The notes beneath the pieces were generated by a model. It was not told the DNA's origin. It saw only the letters and a list, made by a program, of their open reading frames with translations, and did not search any database. A DNA stretch of 64,000 bases, taken from NCBI GenBank assembly GCA_963847445.1, contig CAWJZV010000016.1:34814-98813 (forward strand), in the 5' to 3' direction. The number at the start of each line of letters is the position of its first letter. Position 1 is the first letter of the stretch. Origin of the DNA: an uncultured delta proteobacterium. Its GTDB lineage: Bacteria > Desulfobacterota > Binatia > UBA9968. The position numbers were made by a program, and so were the translations under genes. Shown piece by piece: positions 9,171-18,989 of this stretch.

Positions 9171-9842
9171 TTAACGAACTTTCCACCGATCTGCGGGCAT
9201 CGCGACACCGCGCTCCTCTGCCAACTTCGCGGCGCGCTCCGCACCGGCACGGGCGCGCTGAATCTGCCAATCGGCAACTTCCAAACCCAGCCCGTCGACC
9301 ACCCGCACGCGAAAATTGAAATAGGCACAGACGTGCACGATATCGAGGATGTCGCGGTCATCCCAGCCCTTGTCACGTAGGCCCTGTACGTCTTGCTCGC
9401 ACATGTTGCTCGGCGTCAGCGTGAGTTTTTCGGCGAACTCCAACATGGCATATTCCGCAAGGGTCAAATTCATTTCGCGCCAAGCATCTTTGACTTGCTC
9501 CACCGATAAATCATCGCCGCCTTCCTGACGCAGAAACTCTGCGTGAGCGACGGTTCAAAACCGGCAATGCAGCGTTGCTGCGGTCACCGTGGCGATCATC
9601 TCGCGCTGCGCAGTCGTCAATCGCGACTCACCGCGCATAATCTCCCACATGAGCTCGGCGGTGTGCCACATCGCTTTGGGATTGAGACTGTGCAGCATTG
9701 GCGGGCTAATCGGTGCGCCACCGTAACCGGCGTCGCGATCTTGGTTGATCTTTTCGCCTCGGCGCTGCTCGCGGATCTTTCGATATACTTCTTTCAATTC
9801 CCCGTGCGCGTCATGTTCCGGAATAATCTTGATCCACGGCAT
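9171..9842 (-). CDS. AhpD/CMD-like selenoprotein 3 (CxxU, Sec96), 223 aa
   Basis: MPWIKII...REMIATVTAATLHCRF-U(9555-9557)-TVAHAEFLRQEGG joins ORF 9171-9503 in frame (YFNFRVRVVDGLG). Confidence 0.9.
9528..9544 (-). promoter_or_regulatory. putative SECIS hairpin (AhpD-like 3)
   Basis: ACGCAGA-guu-UCUGCGU, 10 nt after UGA. Confidence 0.7.
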
Positions 9843-9909
9843 CGCCGTTCCTCCATATTCGCCGGTGGCGCCCCTGAATCGAGGGCCGGCATCGATGCGA
9901 GCGGTCGAC

Positions 9910-10337
9910 TTAGCGCCGCCCCTGGCCAAACAACAAGGCTTTTGACTCCTCGTTCACCGTCGGCTCGGGTGCCGAGATCGATCCGGTCAGCTCGATCTGG
10001 TAAATCATATCGGTGAACACCCGAGCGTCGCGGTCGTGTGCGCTCGCGCGACCATTTTGATGCTGTCGACCGGCATGGGTTTCTCTTTCAAGACGTTGGC
10101 ATACTGCATCATCAGGCAGGAAGCCGCGCCGGTAACGAAATAACCGAGCGGAGTCGGCCCCGACCCTTTGCCGCCGCGGATCTCGGGCTCATCGATCATC
10201 AGCTGGAATGCTTTTTCCTCGGTCTTGTAAGTCGCCTCGAACGTTTTGTGCTCCTGGCGCGCGATGTCGACGCGCACCGTCCGATGGGCCGGCTCGCCAA
10301 TTTGCTCGTTGGACCTTCTGCCATGATCACCTTCCAT
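9910..10337 (-). CDS. OsmC-like protein, Cys form (frameshifted; C-terminus possibly damaged)
   Basis: IDEPEIRGGKGSGPTPLGYFVTGAASCLMMQY; an alternative frame after ~10038 reads DRDARVFTDMIYQIELTGSIS. Confidence 0.65.
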
Positions 10338-10363
10338 TAGAATTATTCATCGCGTCCGCGAGT

Positions 10364-10397
10364 TTGACCTCCTACTACTAAACATATAAGTAGTCAA
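10364..10397. promoter_or_regulatory. operator/divergent promoter box, copy 2
   Basis: TTGACCTCCTACTACTAAACATATAAGTAGTCAA containing ACTACT-N9-AGTAGT; ends 1 nt before the regulator ATG. Confidence 0.8.
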
Positions 10398-10398
10398 C

Positions 10399-11142
10399 AT
10401 GCGCCTCGTTAAGCGATCCGGCTCTCCCCTACCGCTCTATTTCAAGATCATGACCGAGATCCGTGACAACATTCTTTCCGGCGCGTGGAATGACGGCTTT
10501 CAACTTCCCGGTGAAGCGGATCTCGCCCGCCGCCGCGGCGTCAGCGTCATCACCGTGCGCCAAGCGTTAGGCCAACTGGCTCACGAAGGGCTGGTCCGGC
10601 GCGAGCGAGCCAGGGGGACCTACGTCAGCTGGAGCGGACCGGTCAATCAGGCGATCAATTTAGAAATCGAAGCCGACAACCTGGTCACACTGAATCCGGC
10701 GGGCACAAGCTTTAAGCTTCTCCGCACGGAACAGATCGACGCCCCGGCCAACCTTCGCGGCGACTTCAAGTTATTAGCTGGGGAACGCATAACCCGCATG
10801 ACGCGCGTCCGTATGGCGCATCGCGAACCGCTTGCCTTCGTCTATTCCGACGTTCCGACCCGCATCGCGGCAACACTGCCACAAAAAAGCCTGCTTAAAC
10901 TGCCGCTTTCCAGCGTCATCGAAAAGGCTTTGGCGATCCGCATCACGGACGTGAAACACCTCGTCGGAGCGAAGCTCGCCGACGAGGAAGTAGCAGCCAA
11001 CCTGAACATACCGCCCGGCTCGCCGGTACTTTTCGTCGAGCGCAACTATTTCTACAAGAACGATCTGCTCTTGCGCACCGTGGGTTTCTACCGCAGCGAT
11101 CTGTTCCGCTATGAAATCAAATTAAAAACCAGCCGCCGCTAG
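10399..11142 (+). CDS. GntR family (HutC subfamily, UTRA domain) transcriptional regulator
   Basis: PLYFKI...LPGEADLARRRGVSVITVRQALGQLAHEGLVRRERARGTYV; C-terminal YRSDLFRY. Confidence 0.9.
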   Translation: MRLVKRSGSPLPLYFKIMTEIRDNILSGAWNDGFQLPGEADLARRRGVSVITVRQALGQLAHEGLVRRERARGTYVSWSGPVNQAINLEIEADNLVTLNPAGTSFKLLRTEQIDAPANLRGDFKLLAGERITRMTRVRMAHREPLAFVYSDVPTRIAATLPQKSLLKLPLSSVIEKALAIRITDVKHLVGAKLADEEVAANLNIPPGSPVLFVERNYFYKNDLLLRTVGFYRSDLFRYEIKLKTSRR

Positions 11143-11201
11143 TTTTGGCTAAGCGTGGTAACTCGCGAGCCAGGTAACCTGTGACAGATTTGGCCAGCCC
11201 G

Positions 11202-11576
11202 TTAATGCTTCGACGTACTCCCTGGCACCGTTACCGTGATATGCGACAGCGGCGAGTCCGCCGACGCGCCGTGCCAATGGCGTTCGCCGGATTTAATATG
11301 CACGATATCGCCGACGGTAATCTCGCGCTGTTCGGTTTCCGTTGCTGCGAAACCTTTGCCCGCCGTTACGACGAGAATCTGATCACAGTCATGGACATGC
11401 CAGCCGGTGGTCGCGCCGACGCGGAAGTTGACCACGTTGCAGCGAAAATTATCCGACTGCCCGTCGCCGATCACCGCCTGCCGCGTCCGGCTCACCGCCC
11501 CGCCGGTCCAACCGGCGATCGCCGTCGCCGTGTCCATTGGAGTTTCCTTGAGTTCGTTAATCTTAAGAACACGCAT
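11202..11576 (-). CDS. cupin domain protein
   Basis: WHVHDCDQILVVTAGKG...GERHWHGA. Confidence 0.85.
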   Translation of the reverse strand: MRVLKINELKETPMDTATAIAGWTGGAVSRTRQAVIGDGQSDNFRCNVVNFRVGATTGWHVHDCDQILVVTAGKGFAATETEQREITVGDIVHIKSGERHWHGASADSPLSHITVTVPGSTSKH

Positions 11577-11639
11577 AACTACCTCCTTAAATTCACAGCC
11601 GAACGCTCCGCCCCCAGAATTCAGTCATCCGAATCTGCC

Positions 11640-11662
11640 GTAGGGGCGTATTGCATACGCCC
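11640..11662 (+). repeat. GTAG-type REP-like palindrome
   Basis: GTAGGGGCGTATTGCATACGCCC; near-identical copy at 25110-25132. Confidence 0.7.
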
Positions 11663-11810
11663 GTCTCCGTATCGCCACAACTACACTGGTCGCGGCGAAC
11701 GGGTCAAGACCGTCTAGTCGTGATCGTGAGAGTCGCAAACTCTACAAGACGCGGAATCTACGGTTGACACTCCGACCTGCCAACGGCTATATCACTCGCG
11801 GAGATCGACC

Positions 11811-12764
11811 ATGCTATTCGTCCAAACCGTCTTGCTTTTTAGCATCTTCATCACGCCGCTAACCTTCGCCGCGGAGAAAATCCGCATGTCGGTCTCCGGC
11901 AGCTACAATATGATCTTTCTCGCCGCCGGCGTGGCGCATCACAAAGGATTCTTCAAAGACGAAGGTCTGGAAACCGACATCGTCGTCATGAGCGCGCCGG
12001 CGTCGATCGCCGCGCTATCGAACGGCGACATCGACTACACGCTGCTCACCGGCTCGGTGATCCGCGCCGCCATTCGTGGCCTGCCCGTCCGTATCGTCGC
12101 CGGCTTGATGAGCAGCTCCGCGCATGTTTTCCTGTCCCGGCCGGAAATAAAGACAATCAAAGAGCTCGCCGGTAAACGAATCGGACTCGCCGGCTTCGGC
12201 GACGCCACTCACGTCCTTGCGCGAATGATTCTTGCCAAACACGGCATCGACCCGGATAAAGACGTTCAGTTCATCGGACTCGGCTCCGACTCCGGCCGCT
12301 TCACCGCCCTGCAACAAAACCTCGCCGACATGGTCGTCACATCGCCACCCTGGGACTTCGAGGGGAAAAAGCTCGGCTACAACATCCTCGCCCGCGCCTA
12401 CGAGCATGTGAACTATCCGCTCGCGGGCCTCGGCGTGAATCAAAAATCTTTGCAAACCAACCGCGGCCAAGTGAAACGAGTGGTCAAATCGCTAGTGCGG
12501 GCCAACCGCTTCATGCGCGACAACCGCGAGGAGTCGGTGAAAATCTTGATCGTCTGGGGCAAAGGCAAACCCGAGCACGCCTCCGCCGCCTACGATTCCA
12601 CAGTGAAAATCATCAGCCCCGACGGCGGAATCCCGGATGACGGACTAAGACTTTTGATCGATCAAGCCAAGCGCGACCTGAAAGTCACACGCGACGTGCC
12701 GCTAAGTGAGATCACCGACTTTAGTATCTTGCGAGAAGTGCAGAAGGAGTTAGGGTTGCGCTAA
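11811..12764 (+). CDS. ABC substrate-binding protein, NMT1/THI5/SsuA-like
   Basis: Signal peptide; KGFFKDEGL, ALSNGDIDY, IKELAGKRIG. Confidence 0.85.
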   Translation: MLFVQTVLLFSIFITPLTFAAEKIRMSVSGSYNMIFLAAGVAHHKGFFKDEGLETDIVVMSAPASIAALSNGDIDYTLLTGSVIRAAIRGLPVRIVAGLMSSSAHVFLSRPEIKTIKELAGKRIGLAGFGDATHVLARMILAKHGIDPDKDVQFIGLGSDSGRFTALQQNLADMVVTSPPWDFEGKKLGYNILARAYEHVNYPLAGLGVNQKSLQTNRGQVKRVVKSLVRANRFMRDNREESVKILIVWGKGKPEHASAAYDSTVKIISPDGGIPDDGLRLLIDQAKRDLKVTRDVPLSEITDFSILREVQKELGLR

Positions 12765-12810
12765 TTGTATGATTGGATAGGCCAGGCAGGTCCCGGGCGC
12801 CAAACCTGAC

Positions 12811-14723
12811 ATGATCACCCACCCCATCCGCGTCCTATCGGTCATCCCGCCAATGACGCAGCTCAACACGCCTTATCCTTCGACGGCGTATCTCACAGGC
12901 TTCTTGCGCTCGCGCGGCGTCGATGCGGTGCAAGAAGATCTGGCACTCGCTCTAGTCTTAAAACTTTTTTCCGCCGACGGACTGTTAGCGATTCGTGAAT
13001 GCATCGAGGCGATCCCGAAGCGCAAGCGCTCGCCGAACGTCAAGGGTTTTCACCGCGACTTTGACCGCTATCTCTCGACGATCACACCGACCATTGCGTT
13101 CTTGCAGGGACGTGACCCGACCTTGGCGCACCGCATTTGCGGGCGACAATTTCTTCCCGAAGGGCCGCGCTTCAAGCCCATCGACTTCTATCTCCAAGAC
13201 GGCAACGACGACCCGTTGGCTTGGGCGTTCGGCGCACTGGGAATCGAAGACCGCGCCAAACATTTGGCCACGCTGTACCTCGATGATCATCGCCGACGTG
13301 CTGCGCGACGCGGTGGACCCGCGTTTTGAGTTTGTCCGCTACGCCGAATCGCTGGCGCAAAGCCAACCGACATTCGAGCCGCTCGCCGAAGCTTTGGCGG
13401 CACCGCTCAATCTGGTCGACAGCACACTGCGCGATCTGACTCTGGCCGCGCTGGCACGCCATTCACCGAACTGTGGTCTTACTCTCGGTGCCGTTCCCAG
13501 GATCGGTGTACGCCGCGTTTCGCATCGCCCAGACGATCAAGGCGCACGACTCGTCGATCATCACCGCGCTTGGCGGCGGCTATGTCAACACCGAGCTGCG
13601 CGAACTGAGCGAACCGCGGGTGTTCGATTATTTCGACTACGTCACGTTAGATGACGGCGAGCGGCCGCTCCTCGCATTGCTCGAGCACCTGCGCGGCGAG
13701 CGACCCGAGAGTGGTCTGGTTCGCGCTTTTGTGCGTGCCGGCAACAAATCCGCGGTCAACTACCTCGATAGCGGCGAACCCGACATCCCCTTCGCCGAAG
13801 TCGGCACCCCAACTTGGGACGGACTGCCGCTGGACGGCTATTTGTCGCTCCTCGACATGCTCAACCCGATGCACCGGCTGTGGTCCGACGGCCGTTGGAA
13901 CAAACTCACGGTTGCCCATGGTTGTTACTGGAAGAAGTGCAGCTTCTGCGACGTAAGCTTGGATTATATCTCGCGCTACGACGACATCGCCGCGGCGACC
14001 CTGGCCGATCGTATCGAGACGGTCGTCGCCGAAACCCAACAGACGGGATTTCATTTCGTCGACGAAGCCGCGCCACCGAAGGCGTTGAAGGCGCTCGCCG
14101 CCGAGATCAAGAAACGCAAGCTGGCAATTTCATGGTGGGGCAATATTCGCTTTGAGAAATCTTTCAACCCTACGCTTTGCCAAGCACTCGCCGACAGCGG
14201 CTGCATCGCGGTCTCCGGCGGGCTCGAGGTCGCTTCCGACCGCCTGCTCAATCTGATGAAAAAGGGCGTCACCGTCGAACAAGTCGCCAGAGTCACGCGG
14301 GCATTTTCCGACGCCGGCATTTTGGTCCACGCCTATTTGATGTATGGCTTCCCGACGCAGACAGTGCAAGACACGGTCGACGCGTTAGAATATGTCCGGC
14401 AATTGTTCGACGCCGGCTGCATTCAGTCAGGCTTCTTCCATCGGTTTACCTGCACGGTCCACTCGCCGGTCGGGAAACAGCCCGAACAATACGGCGTCAC
14501 GCTCATGCCCTTGCCGAAGATCTCCTTCGCGAAAAACGACGTCGGCTTCATCGATCCCACCGGCGTCGACCACGACGCTCTCGGCATCGCCCTCAACAAA
14601 GCGCTCTACAACTACATGCACGGCATCGGCCTGGACGCCGACGTGCGCAGTTGGTTTAACGGCCGAGTGCCGCGCACCAAGGTGCCGCGCAGGTATATCG
14701 CGCGGGCACTCACGTCGGCTTAA
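12811..14723 (+). CDS. B12-binding-domain radical SAM protein (two frameshifts, ~13290 and ~13470)
   Basis: PPMTQLNTPYPSTAYL N-terminus; GCYWKKCSFCD (CxxxCxxC); FVDEAAPP; GGLEVAS; YLMYGFP. Confidence 0.85.
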
Positions 14724-14795
14724 GATTATCTGTCCAGTCTATCTGGTGGCGGTATGTTATTTTCTGGGATGGTCGCAGATACAACCGAGACAAGG

Positions 14796-14822
14796 AGGGC
14801 GGGTTTAAAACCCGCCCCTACA
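14796..14822 (-). repeat. GTAG-type REP-like palindrome between convergent genes
   Basis: AGGGCGGGTTTAAAACCCGCCCCTACA; its reverse complement closely matches 24927-24951. Confidence 0.7.
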
Positions 14823-14851
14823 CAAATTCATTTAGGTTCATTGGTCTGAGT

Positions 14852-15619
14852 TTAATTGCTCCAACCGCTCTCCGACACCACAACCCGATTCCCTTCCGGA
14901 TCGTTGAATTGAATCTGCCCTTGGGCGCCGTCCGATACCGCCACACCGCCGTCCTGCAAACGTTTCTTGAGACCGCCAAGATCGCTGACCTGAATGCCGA
15001 AATATTGCACGCCGCCCTTGGGACGCACTTGCGATTTCGTCAACATCAGCGTCAGCGTGCCGTCGCTGAGGCGAATCGTCCCGTCATCACTCCATCCCGC
15101 GATCTCCAGACCGAACTGCTGTTGGTAAAACTCACACGCCGCGGCCAAATCGGGCACCTGCACGGCGAGCAGACGTACGGCGGGAAGCTTTTTTTCTTCC
15201 CTGCCGAGATAGCCGCGCGACGACAGATCGACGTTGTTGCCCCAGGGATCGATGAAACGCACTTCCGCCGGCCGCGCCGCTTCTGGGCCGGAGACGCCGG
15301 CGGATATCTGTGGGTTTGCGCCGCGGGTCAAACCGGCGGGAAGTTTCGCCACGGCGGTATCCAAATTATCGACCATGAACCCGTAATGATGAATGCCGAC
15401 AGTCAACTCCGCCTCGCTGCCGTCGTCTCGATGGGTCCCGGAGATCGCCGCCGACACCGCCGCTTGCTGCAAGAAGGCAAGATTGAACAGCGGATCGATC
15501 ACCATGCGTGAGCCGCTGGGGAAGACTTTGCACTCCTCGAAGCCGAAATATTTCTGGTAAAAATCGCTGAGCACTTTTGGCTGCTGCGAAATAAACGCAA
15601 TATGTCTGAGCTTGCCCAT
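14852..15619 (-). CDS. VOC/glyoxalase-family protein (two domains)
   Basis: LRHIAF...HHYGF...FIDPWGNNVDL; second domain ends FNDPEGNRV. Confidence 0.8.
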   Translation of the reverse strand: MGKLRHIAFISQQPKVLSDFYQKYFGFEECKVFPSGSRMVIDPLFNLAFLQQAAVSAAISGTHRDDGSEAELTVGIHHYGFMVDNLDTAVAKLPAGLTRGANPQISAGVSGPEAARPAEVRFIDPWGNNVDLSSRGYLGREEKKLPAVRLLAVQVPDLAAACEFYQQQFGLEIAGWSDDGTIRLSDGTLTLMLTKSQVRPKGGVQYFGIQVSDLGGLKKRLQDGGVAVSDGAQGQIQFNDPEGNRVVVSESGWSN

Positions 15620-15675
15620 GGGTCACCTCCGCAATTGTTAATTCGTTTATATTTCCGGAATAAAAGGTGGAGCAT

Positions 15676-15751
15676 GCTTCGACAGGCTCAGCATGAACGC
15701 TTATATTCCATCATTTCAGCTCATCTCCGTTCGTCCTGAGCTTGTCGAAGG
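15676..15751. repeat. intergenic inverted-repeat element
   Basis: CTTCGACAGGCTCAGCATGAACG ... CGTTCGTCCTGAGCTTGTCGAAG form imperfect inverted arms. Confidence 0.6.
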
Positions 15752-15796
15752 ACTCCGGGAGGATATTTCAGCAACCTGATATGAACATTATGCGCC

Positions 15797-16858
15797 CTAA
15801 CGAATCCTCGCCGCCACCTGTTCCATAAACCGGCACATTGACGCGCGCGCTTGTTGGTCGCTTAGTCCGCCCAATGCGAAGTTGCCAGCCAGGTCGGTTA
15901 AATAAAGCCGCTCACGGACGTATTCCACTTTTTCGCGAACTTCTTGTGCGTTGCCAACCAGGACGCGGTTTTGATCCACTAATTCATCGAACGTCAGCCG
16001 CTTCATTGCCGCCCGATGTTTATCGTGACTGCGGTAGGACTCGGGATCGGCCATCCCTGGTGTCAAACTATGCGCCGCCTGCGCCGCCGAGTGATATTCA
16101 TGCAACCCATGCGCAGCCGCCGCGCGCGCCTCAGCTGTGCTCTCGCCAACATAGGCGTGATACACGCCGAGTACCCGCGCGCTCGCCGGATCATGTCCCG
16201 CCGCGCGTCGCGCGTTGAAATAAGTCTGCATCTTCTCGCGCAGCTCTTCGATCTCGTTCAAGAACGGGATCAACATCATGTGGAAGCCTTGAGCGCCCGA
16301 GTATTCGAAAGACTCCACCGAAGTCGTCGCCGCCATCCACACCGTCGGATACGGCTCCTGCACCGGGCGCGGCAGCACTTCGACGCCGTGATATTCGTGA
16401 AAGCGCCCTTTGTGTTCGAGCTTCGCGTCGCGCCACGCCTTGAGAATCACCTCGAGATTTTCCTTGAAACGATCGCGCAAGTCGTCGAGCGGAATGCCGA
16501 AGGTCAGCGCTTCCCACTTGACAAAGCCATGACCGACGCCGAATTCCACCCGGCCGTTGCTCAAGCAATCGAGGGTCGCGTAATCTTCCGCGACACGCAG
16601 CGGATTGTGATAAGGCAACAGCAATACCGCGGTGCCGAGGCGCATCTTTTCCGTCCGCTGCGCGATCGCCGCGCCGATCACGGCCGGCGCGGAGAAAACG
16701 CCGGCAAACGGATGAAAGTGATGCTCGGCGAGCCAGACGGATTCAAAACCGATTTTTTCGCCGTAGGCGATTTGCTCGACGACCGTGCGAAAACGTTCGG
16801 CGCCTTCGGCGCGCGTTGCCGGAAGCGACGACGGTAAATAAAAGAGTCCGTAACCCAT
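15797..16858 (-). CDS. luciferase-like (LLM) flavin-dependent monooxygenase
   Basis: GFESVWLAEHHF, RLGTAV, NPLRVAEDYATLDCLSNGRVEFGVG. Confidence 0.9.
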   Translation of the reverse strand: MGYGLFYLPSSLPATRAEGAERFRTVVEQIAYGEKIGFESVWLAEHHFHPFAGVFSAPAVIGAAIAQRTEKMRLGTAVLLLPYHNPLRVAEDYATLDCLSNGRVEFGVGHGFVKWEALTFGIPLDDLRDRFKENLEVILKAWRDAKLEHKGRFHEYHGVEVLPRPVQEPYPTVWMAATTSVESFEYSGAQGFHMMLIPFLNEIEELREKMQTYFNARRAAGHDPASARVLGVYHAYVGESTAEARAAAAHGLHEYHSAAQAAHSLTPGMADPESYRSHDKHRAAMKRLTFDELVDQNRVLVGNAQEVREKVEYVRERLYLTDLAGNFALGGLSDQQARASMCRFMEQVAARIR

Positions 16859-17009
16859 GGCCGGACCATATGCCAGCGCGGCGAATTTGACAAGTTTTTC
16901 CGAGCGCGACGTGAGCGCACGCCCTGCCGGCAATCTTTCCCTCGACTTTCGCATCCTCGTGGGATAATGGGGTTGTCAAAACTCATTTGGCGAAAGAAGA
17001 ATTGCGCTT

Positions 17010-18722
17010 ATGTTTACCACCCGGTGGGCCACTTCGGAACGAAAGTACGATGTCATCGTCGAACGCGACGTTAAAGTCCCCATGCCCGACGGCACATTGC
17101 TCGACGGCGATATTTACCGCCCGGCGTCGGATGAGAAATTTCCTGTGCTTCTCGGCGCGCACGGCTACAACAAGGATCTTCAGTCGCCGCCAATGCGTCC
17201 GGTGGGTTTCACGCCGATGCGCGGTTACATGGAAAGCGGCGATTCGACTTTTTTCGCCCGCCGCGGTTACGTTCACGCGGTTTTCAACTCCCGCGGCACG
17301 GGCAAGTCCACGGGTTTCTACCAGCTCATGGGGCCATTGGAAGTCGAGGATGGCGGCCATCTCATCGACTGGTTGTCGGCGCAACCGTGGAGCAACGGCG
17401 CGGTTGGCATGTTCGGCGTGTCCTACTATGCGCGTCTGGCCAAAGCGGTGGCCGCCACGGGACCGAAATCGCTAAAGGCGATTTTCTCGCCATTCGCCGG
17501 CACCGACGACTATCGCCATCGCTGTTACCACGGCGGGATTCTCGCCCATGGCTTCATAACGCATTGGCGCAACAGCTTGCACAAGCCCAACTATCGGAGC
17601 CTCTATAAAGAGCGGCATGGCGAAACTGCGTACCAAGAAGCCATCGCTCAGGCGCTGCGCGACGATGAAATTGTCGCGGTGCCGGCACTGCGCGAGGCGC
17701 TGCAAAATCCCGGCGCTGGCACCAATGCGCTGATCGTCGACATGCTGCTGCATCCCTTCGACGGCCCGTTCTGGCGCGAGCGCAGCGCTAAAGATTCCAA
17801 TGGAAAAATTCCCGCGTACCTGGGCGCTTGCTGGGGCAACTACGGACTGCATTTGCCGGGCGCTTTCACGGCGTGGCGGGAGTGGCAAGGTCCGAAGAAG
17901 ATGGTCATCGGTCCGCCGGTCTATCTCGACCGTCCGGTGTATCAGTATCAAGATGAGGCGCTGCGCTGGTTCGATCACTGGCTCAAGGGCATCGACAACG
18001 GCATCATGAATGAGCCGCCGATCCGCTGCTTCATTCCGCCCACCGGCGAGTGGAAAAATCTAAGTGATTGGCCGCCTGCCGAAGCGCGCTGGACGACCTT
18101 CTATCTGCATAAAGACGGCATCTTGAGCGAGCACGAGCTCTGGCCCGCTGAGGGATCAGATTCTTTCGACGAATCGAACTTCGAGCATGGCGCTGTCACC
18201 TACACAACGCCGCCGCTGGTGGAAAATACCGAAGTGCTCGGTCCGAGCGTGGTGACGCTGTACGTCTCCGCAACCGATAGCGATGCGCTGTTGTTCGCGA
18301 CGCTGCTCTTGATCGACAAGGAAGGCAAGGAGCATGAGCTCACGCGCGGTTGGCTGCGCGCGTCGCAACGGCGATTGCGCGCGGACAGTCAACCGTGGGA
18401 GCCGATGCAGGCGCATGAATCGAGGGAGGCCCTGGAGCCGGGGAAAATCTACCAGTTGCAATTCACTATCGTCGCCACGGCGCGTTTGTTCCAGGCCGGC
18501 GAGCGCATCGCGCTGCGCATCAAGGGGTCGGATGACGAGCCGGCGGTAAACTCGTTGCAAGCGCTGGCGCGCAATCATTTACGCCGGCCGCGGCCGCTGC
18601 GCATCACGGTGCACCACGACGAGTCGCACCCGTCGCATCTCGATCTGCCGATCACACGCGGCAATATCATTGGAACGTTTTTCTCGGGCGGAGACATCAG
18701 CTCCTTTGGGCTGTCGCACTGA
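17010..18722 (+). CDS. CocE/NonD family hydrolase (peptidase S15)
   Basis: VPMPDGTLLDGDIYRP, SRGTGKSTG, QPWSNGAVGMFGVSY, RWFDHWLKG. Confidence 0.9.
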   Translation: MFTTRWATSERKYDVIVERDVKVPMPDGTLLDGDIYRPASDEKFPVLLGAHGYNKDLQSPPMRPVGFTPMRGYMESGDSTFFARRGYVHAVFNSRGTGKSTGFYQLMGPLEVEDGGHLIDWLSAQPWSNGAVGMFGVSYYARLAKAVAATGPKSLKAIFSPFAGTDDYRHRCYHGGILAHGFITHWRNSLHKPNYRSLYKERHGETAYQEAIAQALRDDEIVAVPALREALQNPGAGTNALIVDMLLHPFDGPFWRERSAKDSNGKIPAYLGACWGNYGLHLPGAFTAWREWQGPKKMVIGPPVYLDRPVYQYQDEALRWFDHWLKGIDNGIMNEPPIRCFIPPTGEWKNLSDWPPAEARWTTFYLHKDGILSEHELWPAEGSDSFDESNFEHGAVTYTTPPLVENTEVLGPSVVTLYVSATDSDALLFATLLLIDKEGKEHELTRGWLRASQRRLRADSQPWEPMQAHESREALEPGKIYQLQFTIVATARLFQAGERIALRIKGSDDEPAVNSLQALARNHLRRPRPLRITVHHDESHPSHLDLPITRGNIIGTFFSGGDISSFGLSH

Positions 18723-18989
18723 CTTCCTCGCGCTCCACGGCGAGCGATGGAAATTCATTGACTCGAAGGTTATTTCATGCCTGTTTCGGCGAAGCCGGAA
18801 ACCAAGCTGCATCGTTGGGTGAGTAACTCACGTGAAAAGACGTTTGGCTGCCGGCGGGTTGGCATGACGAATCCTGAGTTTCGACAGCGCGAGGGATTTC
18901 AACCAACCCGGAGGCGGGACGCTAAGCCTTCAAAACCGTTCATCCGAGCTTGGCGTGCAGCGCTTGCAATCGTTGATTGAGCAACCCGC

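Noticed and set aside
4290-9842. Genome-wide UGA reassignment to Trp or Gly (genetic code 4 or 25)
   Set aside because: TGA is used as a normal stop in many genes here (e.g. 723, 18722, 23214, 29433), and the in-frame TGAs occur only at catalytic Cys positions.
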